A stretch of 64,000 nucleotides of DNA from an uncultured Planctomycetota bacterium (GTDB lineage: Bacteria; Planctomycetota; Planctomycetia; Isosphaerales; Isosphaeraceae): the NCBI GenBank assembly GCA_963737655.1, contig CAVTTN010000002.1, positions 480,001-544,000 of the forward strand, written 5' to 3'. Within the stretch, counting starts at the first letter, position 1. Every line of letters begins with the position of its first letter. The notes below the pieces were generated by a model that was not told the origin of the DNA, searched no databases, and saw nothing but the letters and a program-made list of their open reading frames with translations. Position numbers and translations under genes: made by a program. Positions 54,864 through 64,000 of the stretch are shown piece after piece.

Positions 54864-55958
54864 ATGAAGATCCTGGCCGAACAGGGCGAGAACCTCGCCG
54901 ACAGCGGACCTCCGCGGATCGTGGTGACCGGAGGCGCGGGCTTCATCGGCTCGGCGCTGGTCCGCCAGCTGATCCGGGAGACCCCGGCCGTGGTCCTGAA
55001 CCTGGACAAGCTGACCTACGCCGGAGACCTCTCGTCGCTGGCCGAGGCCGCCTCCAGCCCGCGATATTCGTTCGAGAGGGTGGACATCGCCGACCCCGGC
55101 GAGGTCCGCCGGGTCCTCGACGCCTTCCGGCCCACCGCCATCATGCACCTGGCCGCCGAGTCCCACGTCGATCGCTCGATCGACGGCCCGGCCGACTTCG
55201 TCCGCACCAACATCGTCGGCACCTTCACCCTGCTGGAAGCCGCCCTCCGCTCCTGGAGGGACCGGGGCCAGCCCGAAGGCTTCCGCTTCCTCCACGTCTC
55301 GACCGACGAGGTCTTCGGCACCCTGGGCGACACCGGCTTCTTCGTCGAGGACACCCCCTACGCCCCGAACTCGCCGTACTCCGCGAGCAAGGCGTCGAGC
55401 GATCACCTGGTCCGGGCGTGGCACCACACCTACGGCTTGCCCACCCTCATGACCAATTGTTCGAACAATTACGGGCCTTACCAGTTCCCCGAGAAGCTGA
55501 TCCCCCTGGTGATCCGCAACGCCATCGCCGGCAAGCCCCTGCCGATCTACGGCAAGGGGGACAACACCCGGGACTGGCTGTTCGTGGACGACCACGCCCG
55601 CGCCCTGAGGCTCGTCCTGGACGAGGGGAAGGTCGGCGAGTCGTACAACATCGGCGGCCACAACGAGAAGACGAACCTGGAAGTCGTCCACGCGATCTGC
55701 GGGCTCCTCGACGAGCTCCTGCCCGATTCGCCGCACCGCCCCCACGCCTCTCTGATCACCTACGTGAAGGACCGCCCGGGGCACGACAAGCGCTACGCCA
55801 TCGACGCCGCCAAGATCGGCCGGGAGCTCGGCTGGTCGCCCGCCGAGAACTTCGAGACCGGGCTCAGGCGAACGGTCGAGTGGTATCTCGAGAACCGCGC
55901 CTGGAGGGCCGCCGGCGCCTACCAGGGCGAGAGGCTGGGCCTGGTCCGGGCCGGGTGA
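54864..55958 (+). CDS. rfbB: dTDP-glucose 4,6-dehydratase
   Basis: [52 protein letters not shown] and DRPGHDKRY. Confidence 0.96.
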   Translation: MKILAEQGENLADSGPPRIVVTGGAGFIGSALVRQLIRETPAVVLNLDKLTYAGDLSSLAEAASSPRYSFERVDIADPGEVRRVLDAFRPTAIMHLAAESHVDRSIDGPADFVRTNIVGTFTLLEAALRSWRDRGQPEGFRFLHVSTDEVFGTLGDTGFFVEDTPYAPNSPYSASKASSDHLVRAWHHTYGLPTLMTNCSNNYGPYQFPEKLIPLVIRNAIAGKPLPIYGKGDNTRDWLFVDDHARALRLVLDEGKVGESYNIGGHNEKTNLEVVHAICGLLDELLPDSPHRPHASLITYVKDRPGHDKRYAIDAAKIGRELGWSPAENFETGLRRTVEWYLENRAWRAAGAYQGERLGLVRAG

Positions 55959-56127
55959 CGAATCCTCGTCGAAGGGGCTTTCCTGCCCCCAACGGCGCCT
56001 TTGGCTCGAAAAATCGTCTTCACGGTCGTACAATCGGGCATCTCTTGAAGATCACACGAGATGCGTTCCTGATAAGAACATCGGTCCGGGGCGAAGCGGC
56101 CCCCGGCGCGAAAGGACGCGGTCGTTC

Positions 56128-56787
56128 ATGAACGTGATCGAGACCGAATTGCCGGGCGTGGTGATCGTCGAGCCCCGGGTCTTCCGGGACGATCGGGGCT
56201 ACTTCCTGGAGACCTGGAACGGGGCGAGATATGCCTCGGCCGGCCTGCCGGATCGGTTCGTCCAGGACAACCTCTCGTTCTCGACCCGAGGCGTCCTCCG
56301 AGGGCTTCACTACCAGCATCCCCACGGCCAGGGGAAGCTGGTCTCGGTCGTCCGGGGCGAGGTGTTCGACGTCGCGGTGGACGTCCGCCTCGGCTCGCCG
56401 AGCTTCGGCAAGTGGGTGGGCGTCACCCTCTCGGCCGAGACCGGGCGAGAGCTGTACATCCCGCCCGGATTCGCCCACGGGTTCGTGGTCCGGGGCGATT
56501 CGGCCCTGTTCAGCTACAAATGCACCGAGTATTACCAGCCGGAGAGCGAGGCCAGCCTCGCCTGGGACGACCCCGACCTGGCGATCGCCTGGCCCGAGGA
56601 CGCGCCGAGGCTCTCGCCCAAGGACGCCGCCGCCCCTCGCCTGCGAGACGTCCCGACCGACCGCCTTCCCGTCTACCACGAAGGCCGGACCCGGGCCGAG
56701 CACGGCCACGACGCGAACCTTCTCCGACCGGCCGCCCTCCGATCCCGAGTCCTGGCCGCCCGGCCCGAGGGCCTCGCCAACTCCTGA
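56128..56787 (+). CDS. rfbC: dTDP-4-dehydrorhamnose 3,5-epimerase
   Basis: DDRGYF, FVQDN, GVLRGLHYQ, QGKLV, DVAVD and PPGFAHGF. Confidence 0.96.
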   Translation: MNVIETELPGVVIVEPRVFRDDRGYFLETWNGARYASAGLPDRFVQDNLSFSTRGVLRGLHYQHPHGQGKLVSVVRGEVFDVAVDVRLGSPSFGKWVGVTLSAETGRELYIPPGFAHGFVVRGDSALFSYKCTEYYQPESEASLAWDDPDLAIAWPEDAPRLSPKDAAAPRLRDVPTDRLPVYHEGRTRAEHGHDANLLRPAALRSRVLAARPEGLANS

Positions 56788-56884
56788 GCCGCCCGCGAAC
56801 CCAACGGACGCCGGCAGGAGGGGGCTTCCTTCCCCCTCCTCCGCCTGATAAGATTCCACCATCGCCGCTCGACGCGATCTCCTC

Positions 56885-56958
<74 letters not shown>

Positions 56959-57083
56959 CTTTTAAGATCGTGTCGCCAAAGGACTTGTGGCGATCTTGAG
57001 AAAACGACTTTCGCCCTAGTGCCGGTCGTTCACAAGATTTCACAAAACCGAACCCAGGCCGTCACGATTCACGGAGAGCCGGT

Positions 57084-57127
57084 AGCGGGAGCTTTCCCCG
57101 GTCATGGGGACGCTCCCGCTCTTTTTT
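57084..57127 (+). terminator. Intrinsic terminator downstream of tRNA-Arg
   Basis: AGCGGGAGC..TCCCC-loop-GGGGA.GCTCCCGCT followed by CTTTTTT. Confidence 0.7.
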
Positions 57128-57271
57128 GAAGCGGGCCAACGGCTGCCCATCACCAGGCGACACCCCCGTCCGTGCCGGATGGGGACGCTCTCCGGTCAAT
57201 TGAGGCAAGAGGACAGCCCGCCCAGGGCTCTCTGCTCACTGGCGTGAGCGGCCACCCCACGACCGGGGTCC

Positions 57272-58693
57272 TCAACTCGCCCGGACATCTCGCTTCTCCA
57301 GTTCGGCGGCGATCTGCGAGGCGAGCGACCAGTTGCGGTTGGCGATGGCGGCGTCCAGCCTCTCTCGCAGGGGGTCGATCCCCGGCTCGGTTAACCCGTA
57401 CCTCTCGGCCACCGCCGGGGGCAGGCTGGCGGCGATCCGGCGGAAGGTCCGGTTGCTCTTGGCCCGCATCTCGTCGTCGGTCTCCTTGACGTAGCTCGTC
57501 ATCATCACGCCCTCGCCCAGGCGGGCGTCGGAGGAGACCTGGCGGTTCAGGTCCTCCCCGCTGCGGGCGTACTGGAGGCTGGTCTTGCGGAAGATGTGCA
57601 GGTAGGCAGGCCCCTTGGGGAGGGACCTCGACCAGGCGATCACCCGCTCGTAGAACCAGTCGCCGAGGTTCTCCGGCTGGAACTGCCCGGCCACCCGCAG
57701 CGCCATCCAGGGGCGTCGGCCCGCCTCGTGGAACCGCCGCAACTGGTCGTTGTAGGCGGCGAACACGAAGGGGCTCGTCGTCCTCGACGAGAGCAACTCC
57801 TGGTAGAGGGGCTCGGGGATGCGGAACCACTTGTCGATGCCCCACTTGCCGATGATCTTGAAGTGGTGCTCGCTCCCGATGACCTTCAGGTCTTCCCACT
57901 TCAGGCCCATGACCTCGCTCTTGCGGCCCCAGGACCAGAGGCAGACCTTGGCGACCGAGGCGGCGACGGTGACGCCGGGCCATTCGGAGCCGAGGTAGTC
58001 CAGCAGCGAGATCAACTCCTCGGCGTCGAACTGGCGGATCGGCTTGTCGTATCCCTCGATCCACGAGAACTTCCGCCACGGGTTTTCCGTGAGCAGGAGG
58101 GCGTCATCGACCACGCCCCGGACGCACTTCTTCGCCGGGGCATTCCGGTTGGCCCGCTCGAACGCCGCCTGGAGGGCGACCGACCACTTGATGACCGTGT
58201 TCGGGCTGAGCGTTCCGACCCCTTGCCTGCTCTTCGGGTACAGCGACCTCCAGTTCTTCGGCTTCGTGAGGGCCTGGGTCTGGAATTTCTCGCAGTCGGC
58301 GGCGGTGGCCGTCGTGATCGGGAAGATCCCGAGGATCGCCCGGAACGCCGAGATCGCCTCCAGGCACGCCGCCAGCGATTTCTCGGCCCGCTTCTGTGCG
58401 TCCTGCGACTTCCGCTTGGCGAAGTGGCGGCGCTGGATCTCCTCGAATTCCTCGTCACCGAGGACCGTCCGAGCGACCAACGCCTTCTTCCCGCCGTTCT
58501 TGAGCATGTCCCCGACGATCGTGATCGCCTCGCCGACGGTCGCCGCCCCCGTGGATCGGCTCGCCTTGAGGCCGGGCCAGTAGGCGTACCAGGAGGTCCG
58601 GGAGCCGCCGGGTGGATGCAGCACGACGGTGACGGGCGAGCCGCCCACGACCACGGTGATCTTCTTCTTCGTCTCCTTGGTTTTCCTCGGCAT
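57272..58693 (-). CDS. Divergent tyrosine recombinase/integrase (473 aa)
   Basis: Box I WGRKSEVMGLKWEDL (R), GKWG (K), YLHIFRKT (HxxR) and MMTSYV (Y). N-terminal WYAYW...SRSTG arm-binding-like region. Adjacent to the tRNA. Confidence 0.82.
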   Translation of the reverse strand: MPRKTKETKKKITVVVGGSPVTVVLHPPGGSRTSWYAYWPGLKASRSTGAATVGEAITIVGDMLKNGGKKALVARTVLGDEEFEEIQRRHFAKRKSQDAQKRAEKSLAACLEAISAFRAILGIFPITTATAADCEKFQTQALTKPKNWRSLYPKSRQGVGTLSPNTVIKWSVALQAAFERANRNAPAKKCVRGVVDDALLLTENPWRKFSWIEGYDKPIRQFDAEELISLLDYLGSEWPGVTVAASVAKVCLWSWGRKSEVMGLKWEDLKVIGSEHHFKIIGKWGIDKWFRIPEPLYQELLSSRTTSPFVFAAYNDQLRRFHEAGRRPWMALRVAGQFQPENLGDWFYERVIAWSRSLPKGPAYLHIFRKTSLQYARSGEDLNRQVSSDARLGEGVMMTSYVKETDDEMRAKSNRTFRRIAASLPPAVAERYGLTEPGIDPLRERLDAAIANRNWSLASQIAAELEKRDVRAS

Positions 58694-58761
58694 CCCGTCC
58701 CCTCTTCGAGTTGATTCGGCCCTCGCCGAAATCCTATTGGGCAGGCAAGCGTCGCCCGTCT

Positions 58762-59598
58762 TCAACGGGCGGCGATCCAGGCGTCGATGGCACCACGGTG
58801 GAACTTCCAGGGCTTGCCGTCGCCCGTACCCAGGACGAGGCAACCCAAAGGGATCTTTCCCTGCCGGGCCAGGTCGGCGATCCATGTCGTGGTGCAGCCC
58901 AGGCGACCGGCGACGTACGACGAGTCCACGATGTCGGGAGGAGGCGGGTCCATGACATCGGCGATCCGCCTGATGTCGGCGATGAGCGACGAGAGGTCGG
59001 GGTGTGAGGGCAGCGGCGGGACGGCCAGGTGGCGACTCTGTTTCCCTGCGAGGCCATCCAGGAACTCATCGACTTGCGTCTCGGTGATCCTGATCGAGCC
59101 GTCTTTAATGCGATGTACAGGAAGGCCCTCGGACACCATCACCTCGAAGTCCGCCGCACCCATCGTGAAGAGGTTGCAGAACTCATCCTTCGTCCAAACT
59201 TGCCCTACTCCCTTGCGGCCAGACGGCCTGATGAACTCCAGAGTCTCGCCATGCCCGAGCAGGTGGTTCTCGGAGACGGCGTGGCCTCCGATCATTGCGA
59301 TAGCGTCGGGGGCGATGTTGAAAAGGCCGGACACTTCGTGACGAACTCGACCCACGTCCTGACCCCCGAGCGGAAGGACGTCCTCGTTCGCCCCGTGGAT
59401 GACGCAGACCAGGCCCGGCTCGGAGGCCGGGACTTCGAGGCGTTTCCGGGAGGCGACCATGCGTCCGGCATGTGCCTCCACCTCCTCGGGGCTGGCGAAT
59501 CCCGACTCGAACAGGCGGAAGGGTGGGCGGACCGTTGCCGCTGAATCGTGGTTATCACTTCTTGCATCTCCGGCTGAACCCGATCGATCATGTTCCAT
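58762..59598 (-). CDS. Fusion protein: ubiquitin-like beta-grasp domain + two excisionase-like (HTH_17/MerR-type) HTHs
   Basis: Ubl-like segment VCVIHGANE...LLGHGETLEFIRPSGRKG. HTH1 WTKDEF...GLPVHR...IRITETQVDEFL. HTH2 YVAGRLGCTTTWIADLARQGKIP...WKFHRGAIDAW. Start is 59598 (GAGGG RBS) or 59652. Confidence 0.72.
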   Translation of the reverse strand: MEHDRSGSAGDARSDNHDSAATVRPPFRLFESGFASPEEVEAHAGRMVASRKRLEVPASEPGLVCVIHGANEDVLPLGGQDVGRVRHEVSGLFNIAPDAIAMIGGHAVSENHLLGHGETLEFIRPSGRKGVGQVWTKDEFCNLFTMGAADFEVMVSEGLPVHRIKDGSIRITETQVDEFLDGLAGKQSRHLAVPPLPSHPDLSSLIADIRRIADVMDPPPPDIVDSSYVAGRLGCTTTWIADLARQGKIPLGCLVLGTGDGKPWKFHRGAIDAWIAAR

Positions 59599-59674
59599 CC
59601 GTCGAAACCCTCGTTTATGGCGGAACTCACACGCCGTAGGCTCGATTGCCATATCGTTCGCCTGCGACCCGGCC

Positions 59675-60602
59675 TCAAGCGAGCCCCGCAGGGAGCAATC
59701 CCTCGTCACGCAACTCGGAGATCCGCCGATAGAAGCCTGCCCGGCTCCCTCCCGTCCGCTCCTTCCATTCCCTGACCCGCTCCTGCTTGCCGTCGTTGGA
59801 GGCCCAGATATCCAGGGCGATTCGCCTCTCCACTTCGAGCCGCTCGGACCGGCTGATGTCGTTGGTGGGGTGCTTCGGCTCGAAGAGTTCCTGGCGGATC
59901 GATGCTTCGACAAGATCCTTCCAGTGGCTCTCGCTCTGCCTCGCCTCCCAAAGCTGGTAGTCTCGCAGCGCCTTGTCCACGAACAGCCTCAGGCTGGGAC
60001 GCAACTCGTACTCGTGCAGGCGATTCAGCAGGTGGCCGAGCACCTGGACGCAGGATCTCGGCGGTATTCCGTGGTGCCCTCTGGCTGCGATGGAATGCAT
60101 CAGGGCGACCATCTGCTCGTCGCTCGGCTCGTAGTGGATCACATGCACCCGATCCCGGAGGGCTCGGGTCACTTCTCCGTGGTGGCCCGCCAGCGGCAGG
60201 TTGCTGATGCCGATGATCGCCCCCCTGAAGGCGATGACCATATCGTCGCCCGACTTCTTGTAGCGGACGTAACGCACGTTCGTCCCGTCGTGGCTGTTAC
60301 CCAGGGCGGCAAGGAGGATCTGGAGGGCGATCGGGGCGTTGAAGGTCTGCTGGATGTCGTCCAGGACGATGATCCGGTCGTGGTTCTCGGCGAGAAGTTC
60401 GAACAGTCCCTTCGGCGTCAGGATGACCGTTGCTGTAGGCGTGTTGGACGGCCAAGTGGTCGAGCGTGGACCGGACGGTGTAGGTCTTGCTCGTGCCGGG
60501 GCGACCGTGCAGATAGACGCCGGTCGCCTTCCTGTGGATGCAGGCACGCACCCGGTCCCTAACGATCGTGAGGCTCTGTTCGAGCGACTGGAGGTGGTTC
60601 AC
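59675..60602 (-). CDS. Phage-type AAA+/P-loop ATPase with C-terminal HTH (frameshift near 60421)
   Basis: GGAG RBS + GTG 60602. Walker A GRPGTSKT and Walker B IIVLDD are in adjacent frames, joined by removing one base. Also IIGISN and C-terminal TGGSRAGFYRR. Confidence 0.8.
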
Positions 60603-60769
60603 GGTGCAGTCTCCGTTCTCAGATTTCTCACTATTCCGAAGTGAGACGGAGAGGGCCGTCTCAGCAGTACGGACACCCGTCGGTTCAAGGCATTCCTCCG
60701 AAGGAGCCAGTGGGCCGGACCGTGGCCGCTTGCCCTCATGTCTCAACGCCGCCAAGCCTGTCGGATCGG

Positions 60770-61534
60770 CTACCCGCTCCGTAAGAGTTGCCGGGCCGTG
60801 TCGCAATAAGCCCGGTCGATCTCGACCAGTGTGCAGTCCTGGATTCCCAGCCGCAGGCAGGCCCGCCCCGTGTTGCCGATCCCGGCGAAGGGGTCCAGGA
60901 CCTTCAGGTCGGGGCGGACGCCGTGCAGGCGTAGGCATCGCTCCGGCAACTCGGGCGGGAAGATGGCGGGATGCGGTGCTTGACCTTTCCTCGGGACGTG
61001 CGGGATGGGCCAGATCGAGCCGCCGCAGCACCGTTCCCGTTCAGGCGACCAGCGATCCCGATTGGAATCGGACCGTGGGCGTCCGACGCCTTCGGCGTAC
61101 TTGTCGATCGGGCGTCTCCCGGTGTGAGAGAACAGGTAGACGAATTCGTGATGCTTGTCCGGTTGGTACGGCGATTGGCCGGGCCGGAACTGACCACGCT
61201 GGGTGCCGTCCTGGTCGGGGAGTGACTTGGCCCAGATCACCTCGAATTGCTCGACGAGATACTGGGATGCGATGGCACGCAGGTCGTCCGTCAGGGTCGG
61301 GTTCCTGGCGAAGTCGCCGATCTGTAGCCAGAATGTGCCTTCCGGGTGCAGGACCCGAGCGACTTCTCGCAGCCAGAGATCGCACCACGACAGGAACTCC
61401 CTGCGAGGACGTCGATCGTTGTACCTGGAGTAGCGGACTGCGAGGTTGTACGGAGGGCTGGTGACGATCACGTCTACGGAAGCATCGTCCACCCTCATCA
61501 AGTATTCCGTACTATCGGCGTTGATGACCCGCAT
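60770..61534 (-). CDS. Beta-class amino-DNA methyltransferase, probably N4-cytosine
   Basis: Motif IV VTSPPYN precedes HPAIFP and motif I VLDPFAGIG. SPPY is typical of m4C enzymes. Confidence 0.9.
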   Translation of the reverse strand: MRVINADSTEYLMRVDDASVDVIVTSPPYNLAVRYSRYNDRRPRREFLSWCDLWLREVARVLHPEGTFWLQIGDFARNPTLTDDLRAIASQYLVEQFEVIWAKSLPDQDGTQRGQFRPGQSPYQPDKHHEFVYLFSHTGRRPIDKYAEGVGRPRSDSNRDRWSPERERCCGGSIWPIPHVPRKGQAPHPAIFPPELPERCLRLHGVRPDLKVLDPFAGIGNTGRACLRLGIQDCTLVEIDRAYCDTARQLLRSG

Positions 61535-61718
61535 GTTCGTCCGACCTTTGGGTACGAAGGTGTCAAACTCGTGATCGGCTTCAAACAGGAGAGATGCGGG
61601 TAGCTGAACTCGTCATGGGAGAAGCGAGAGCTAGTCTGGTCGGCTCGGGACAGCCTCAAGCACCGACAGGATGGTCGCCCCGAAGCTCCGGCGGGCCACC
61701 ACCCTCTCCCGGCCCCGA

Positions 61719-62525
61719 TCAGGCCATCGACTTGACGATCGATTCGAACTCGGCCATCAGCACCCGACGTTCCCCTAGAGTGGGCATCGGTCGCTCGCCC
61801 ACGCCCGGCATTTCGTCATAGGTCTGTCCGTCCAGTTCTCGCCCGGTCTTCTTCTTGTTGAAACCGCCCCATTGCTTGAAGAAGAACGGGACGCCGGTGT
61901 CCCGGCACCGGTCCCTAATCGAGCGGACCCAGGCCGAATCCATCGGCCTCGCCCCGTGGCCGCTCTCGCCGCCGACGATCACCCAGGAGATCCCGCCCAG
62001 TTCGAGGGGGCCGAGGTCCTCCAGAAGCGGCTCGACGGATAGGAACCGCACCTTCGCCGGGGCGGCTCGCAGGTGCTCCACCCTGGGCAGGCCGTGGCGG
62101 CGGTTCTCGACGCTGACGCCCCACCAGATGTGCGGCTCGTCGGCGGCGTCATGCAGCTTCGTGAGGAGGAGGTTCCGGAGCCGCTCGGAGCGCTTGGTCA
62201 GGACTTGATACGTGTGCCAATTGGCGAGACGCATGACCCGGACGACGGCCAGGATGTAGTCGTCGGGGACGTCCTCGTGGAACAGGTCGCTCATCGAGTT
62301 GACGAAGACGAGCTTGGGGGACGACCACCGCAACGGCTCGGCGAGTTTCTCGGGAACCAGGCGCAGGTCGAAGCCCTGCTCGTAAGGATGGCCTGGGACA
62401 TCCCGGAACCGCTCGGCGAAGGTCTCGGCGTAGCAGTGGGCGCAGCCGGGGCTGATCTTCGTGCATCCCCGGACGGGGTTCCAGGTGGCGTCCGTCCATT
62501 CAATCGTCGAGTTGTCGCCCATCAT
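61719..62525 (-). CDS. Phage Gp37/Gp68 family (DUF5131) three-Cys protein
   Basis: STIEWTDATWNPVRGCTKISPGCAHCYA (Cx6CxxC), FVNSMSDLFH, LTKR, SVEPLL, GGESG and FFFKQWGG. Confidence 0.93.
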   Translation of the reverse strand: MMGDNSTIEWTDATWNPVRGCTKISPGCAHCYAETFAERFRDVPGHPYEQGFDLRLVPEKLAEPLRWSSPKLVFVNSMSDLFHEDVPDDYILAVVRVMRLANWHTYQVLTKRSERLRNLLLTKLHDAADEPHIWWGVSVENRRHGLPRVEHLRAAPAKVRFLSVEPLLEDLGPLELGGISWVIVGGESGHGARPMDSAWVRSIRDRCRDTGVPFFFKQWGGFNKKKTGRELDGQTYDEMPGVGERPMPTLGERRVLMAEFESIVKSMA

Positions 62526-62568
62526 CGCTCCAAACCGGCCCAGGCCGGGAAATTGAACTCTCGTTTAG

Positions 62569-64000
62569 GCAGTAGTTTCCCTGGAAATCGACACTCTCGT
62601 CGCGACGTCGCGTAGCATCTCCGTCCCCTCGACGCCGCCGAGCGGCTCCCGAGGCCCTGAAAACCAGGCGTCCGACACCTTGAGTGCGTCGGATCCATCT
62701 GCGATACTTCATCGCGGCCTACACTCAGGCCACTTTCTCCTCGTGTTTCAGCCAGTTCGAGAGGAGACGCTGGATTTCCGGCCGATGACGCCTCAGCAAC
62801 CGCTCCACGTCCAGCACGCTCGCTCGGTCCTTCTTCTTGTTCCACGGCGGCGGCGACCACCAATCCGTGCATCCTCGCTCATCCAACGCGAATTGCAACA
62901 GCCGCAGCAGGCTCATAGTGATCCATTGCACCTGCGTCGTCCGCTCGATCGGCGACTTCGTCCAGGCTCGACACTCCTCCCATCCCAGCCTCTGCTTCAG
63001 GTCCCGGAACCCGTCCTCCTGGCGGAACCTCACGGCGAACAACTCGACCATCTCCAACCCGCTCAGACCCAACGCCGAACTCACCACCGTGAATCGCTTC
63101 TGGTAACCCTCGACCTCGGCCACCACCGCCTTGACCGTCACGTCATGTCCGAGCACCCGCCAGAGGCAGGCGATCTCCTTCCAACGGACCTTTCGCACCC
63201 GGCCGTAGATAAAGGCCTCGCCCTTCTTCCAATCCCCGGGCCAGCGTCCCCCCTGGCGAGGCGGGGACAGCTTCTTGCCCCACACGGGAGTCCGGCCTCG
63301 TTTCCCCTTGGGTCGCTTGGCCGGCGGCAGGGCGTGGAGTCGGGCGTCGTGCCGCAACCGGGTCAGGAAGTCGATGCGAGGCAAGCCCTCTTCGGCCATG
63401 ACCAGTGGCCGAACGACATTCTTCAGGGCGTAGCCGCCGTCGAAGACGCCCAGGTGAGGCCCGGCGTTGATCCGGGCCTGTTCCCGCAGCAGTTCGACGG
63501 CCAGTTCGCACTTGGTCCGGAAGACCTGCTTGGGGCCGGCGACGCCACAGCGGAAGGGGAGTTGCGACTTGCGGAAGTAGAGCCGCCCGGAGATCGGCAG
63601 ATACCAGGCGGGCTGGCCATCGTTCTTGAGCAAGGCCCCGAGGCAGACCCAGTTGTGAGCCCGGACGGTGGTGGCCCGGTTGGGACAGCGAGCGGTGTAT
63701 TCGTGGAAGGTGCATGTGCCCCAGACGTGCTCGCCCGAGCGATGGACCTTGGTGTCATCGACGGCCGAGATCCGATAGCCGTGCCAGATCCGGCCGGGAG
63801 CCTCGTCGATGAGTCCGGAGAGGTTGCTGGTGAGGATCTCGGGCTTCCAGACGGCGTACTCGGCGAAGGATTCCAGGGCCTTCCAGTCGGCCAGTCGCTC
63901 GATGGCGACGACCGACTGGGTGATGGTGTGCTCCTCGACGTTGAGGGATAGAGCGGTGACCCACTCGACGAAGCGGCGGTAGCCGGGTCGAGTGAATGCG
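62569..64000 (-). mobile_element. IS701-family insertion sequence (other end off-window)
   Basis: Contains the transposase below. The end is tentatively placed at GCAGTAGTTTCC, which abuts TTAG (62565-62568), a YTAR-type target described for IS701. Confidence 0.6.
62725..63999 (-). CDS. IS701-family DDE transposase (5'-partial)
   Basis: Frame is open from 63999 (AFTRPGYRRFVEW...) through VDDT, FDGGY, TRLRHDARL and RFRQEDGFRDLKQ. Confidence 0.88.
   Translation of the reverse strand, partial: AFTRPGYRRFVEWVTALSLNVEEHTITQSVVAIERLADWKALESFAEYAVWKPEILTSNLSGLIDEAPGRIWHGYRISAVDDTKVHRSGEHVWGTCTFHEYTARCPNRATTVRAHNWVCLGALLKNDGQPAWYLPISGRLYFRKSQLPFRCGVAGPKQVFRTKCELAVELLREQARINAGPHLGVFDGGYALKNVVRPLVMAEEGLPRIDFLTRLRHDARLHALPPAKRPKGKRGRTPVWGKKLSPPRQGGRWPGDWKKGEAFIYGRVRKVRWKEIACLWRVLGHDVTVKAVVAEVEGYQKRFTVVSSALGLSGLEMVELFAVRFRQEDGFRDLKQRLGWEECRAWTKSPIERTTQVQWITMSLLRLLQFALDERGCTDWWSPPPWNKKKDRASVLDVERLLRRHRPEIQRLLSNWLKHEEKVA

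Larger units (their letters stand above)
56959..64000. mobile_element. Left end of an integrative element / genomic island at tRNA-Arg (extends past the window)
   Basis: Integrase next to the tRNA 3' end, followed by Xis-like, ATPase, MTase and phage Gp37/Gp68 genes, all on the minus strand. Visibly more A/T-ending codons. Confidence 0.8.

Noticed and set aside
60770..61534. Type II restriction-modification system
   Set aside because: No neighbouring nuclease-like ORF. The flanking genes are an ATPase and DUF5131.

Overview
High-GC bacterial DNA that is very likely from a planctomycete (Isosphaeraceae-like). The markers are a DUF1549/DUF1553 + DUF1501 pair, a giant protein with an N-terminal LEPR-XLL motif, a Ser/Thr kinase with TPRs, and a PEP-CTERM protein. 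The window contains: (1) a kdp K+-ATPase locus with no kdpE. It has a truncated KdpD, two small membrane peptides, an enlarged KdpC, a separate HAMP kinase, a REC-TPR protein, a sigma-54 activator and two -24/-12 promoter motifs. (2) Redox genes. (3) Polysaccharide biosynthesis genes with REP-like elements. (4) tRNA-Leu(GAG). (5) A ~6,600-aa surface protein. (6) rfbB and rfbC. (7) tRNA-Arg(ACG) followed by the start of an integrative element. That element encodes a divergent tyrosine recombinase, a protein fusing a ubiquitin-like domain (ending GRKG) to two excisionase-like HTHs, an AAA+-HTH ATPase, an SPPY DNA methyltransferase and a Gp37/Gp68 (DUF5131) protein, then an IS701-family transposase. 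About eight single-base frameshifts, mostly in G/C runs, look like assembly errors rather than pseudogenes. All family assignments come from motif recognition by eye; no searches were run.
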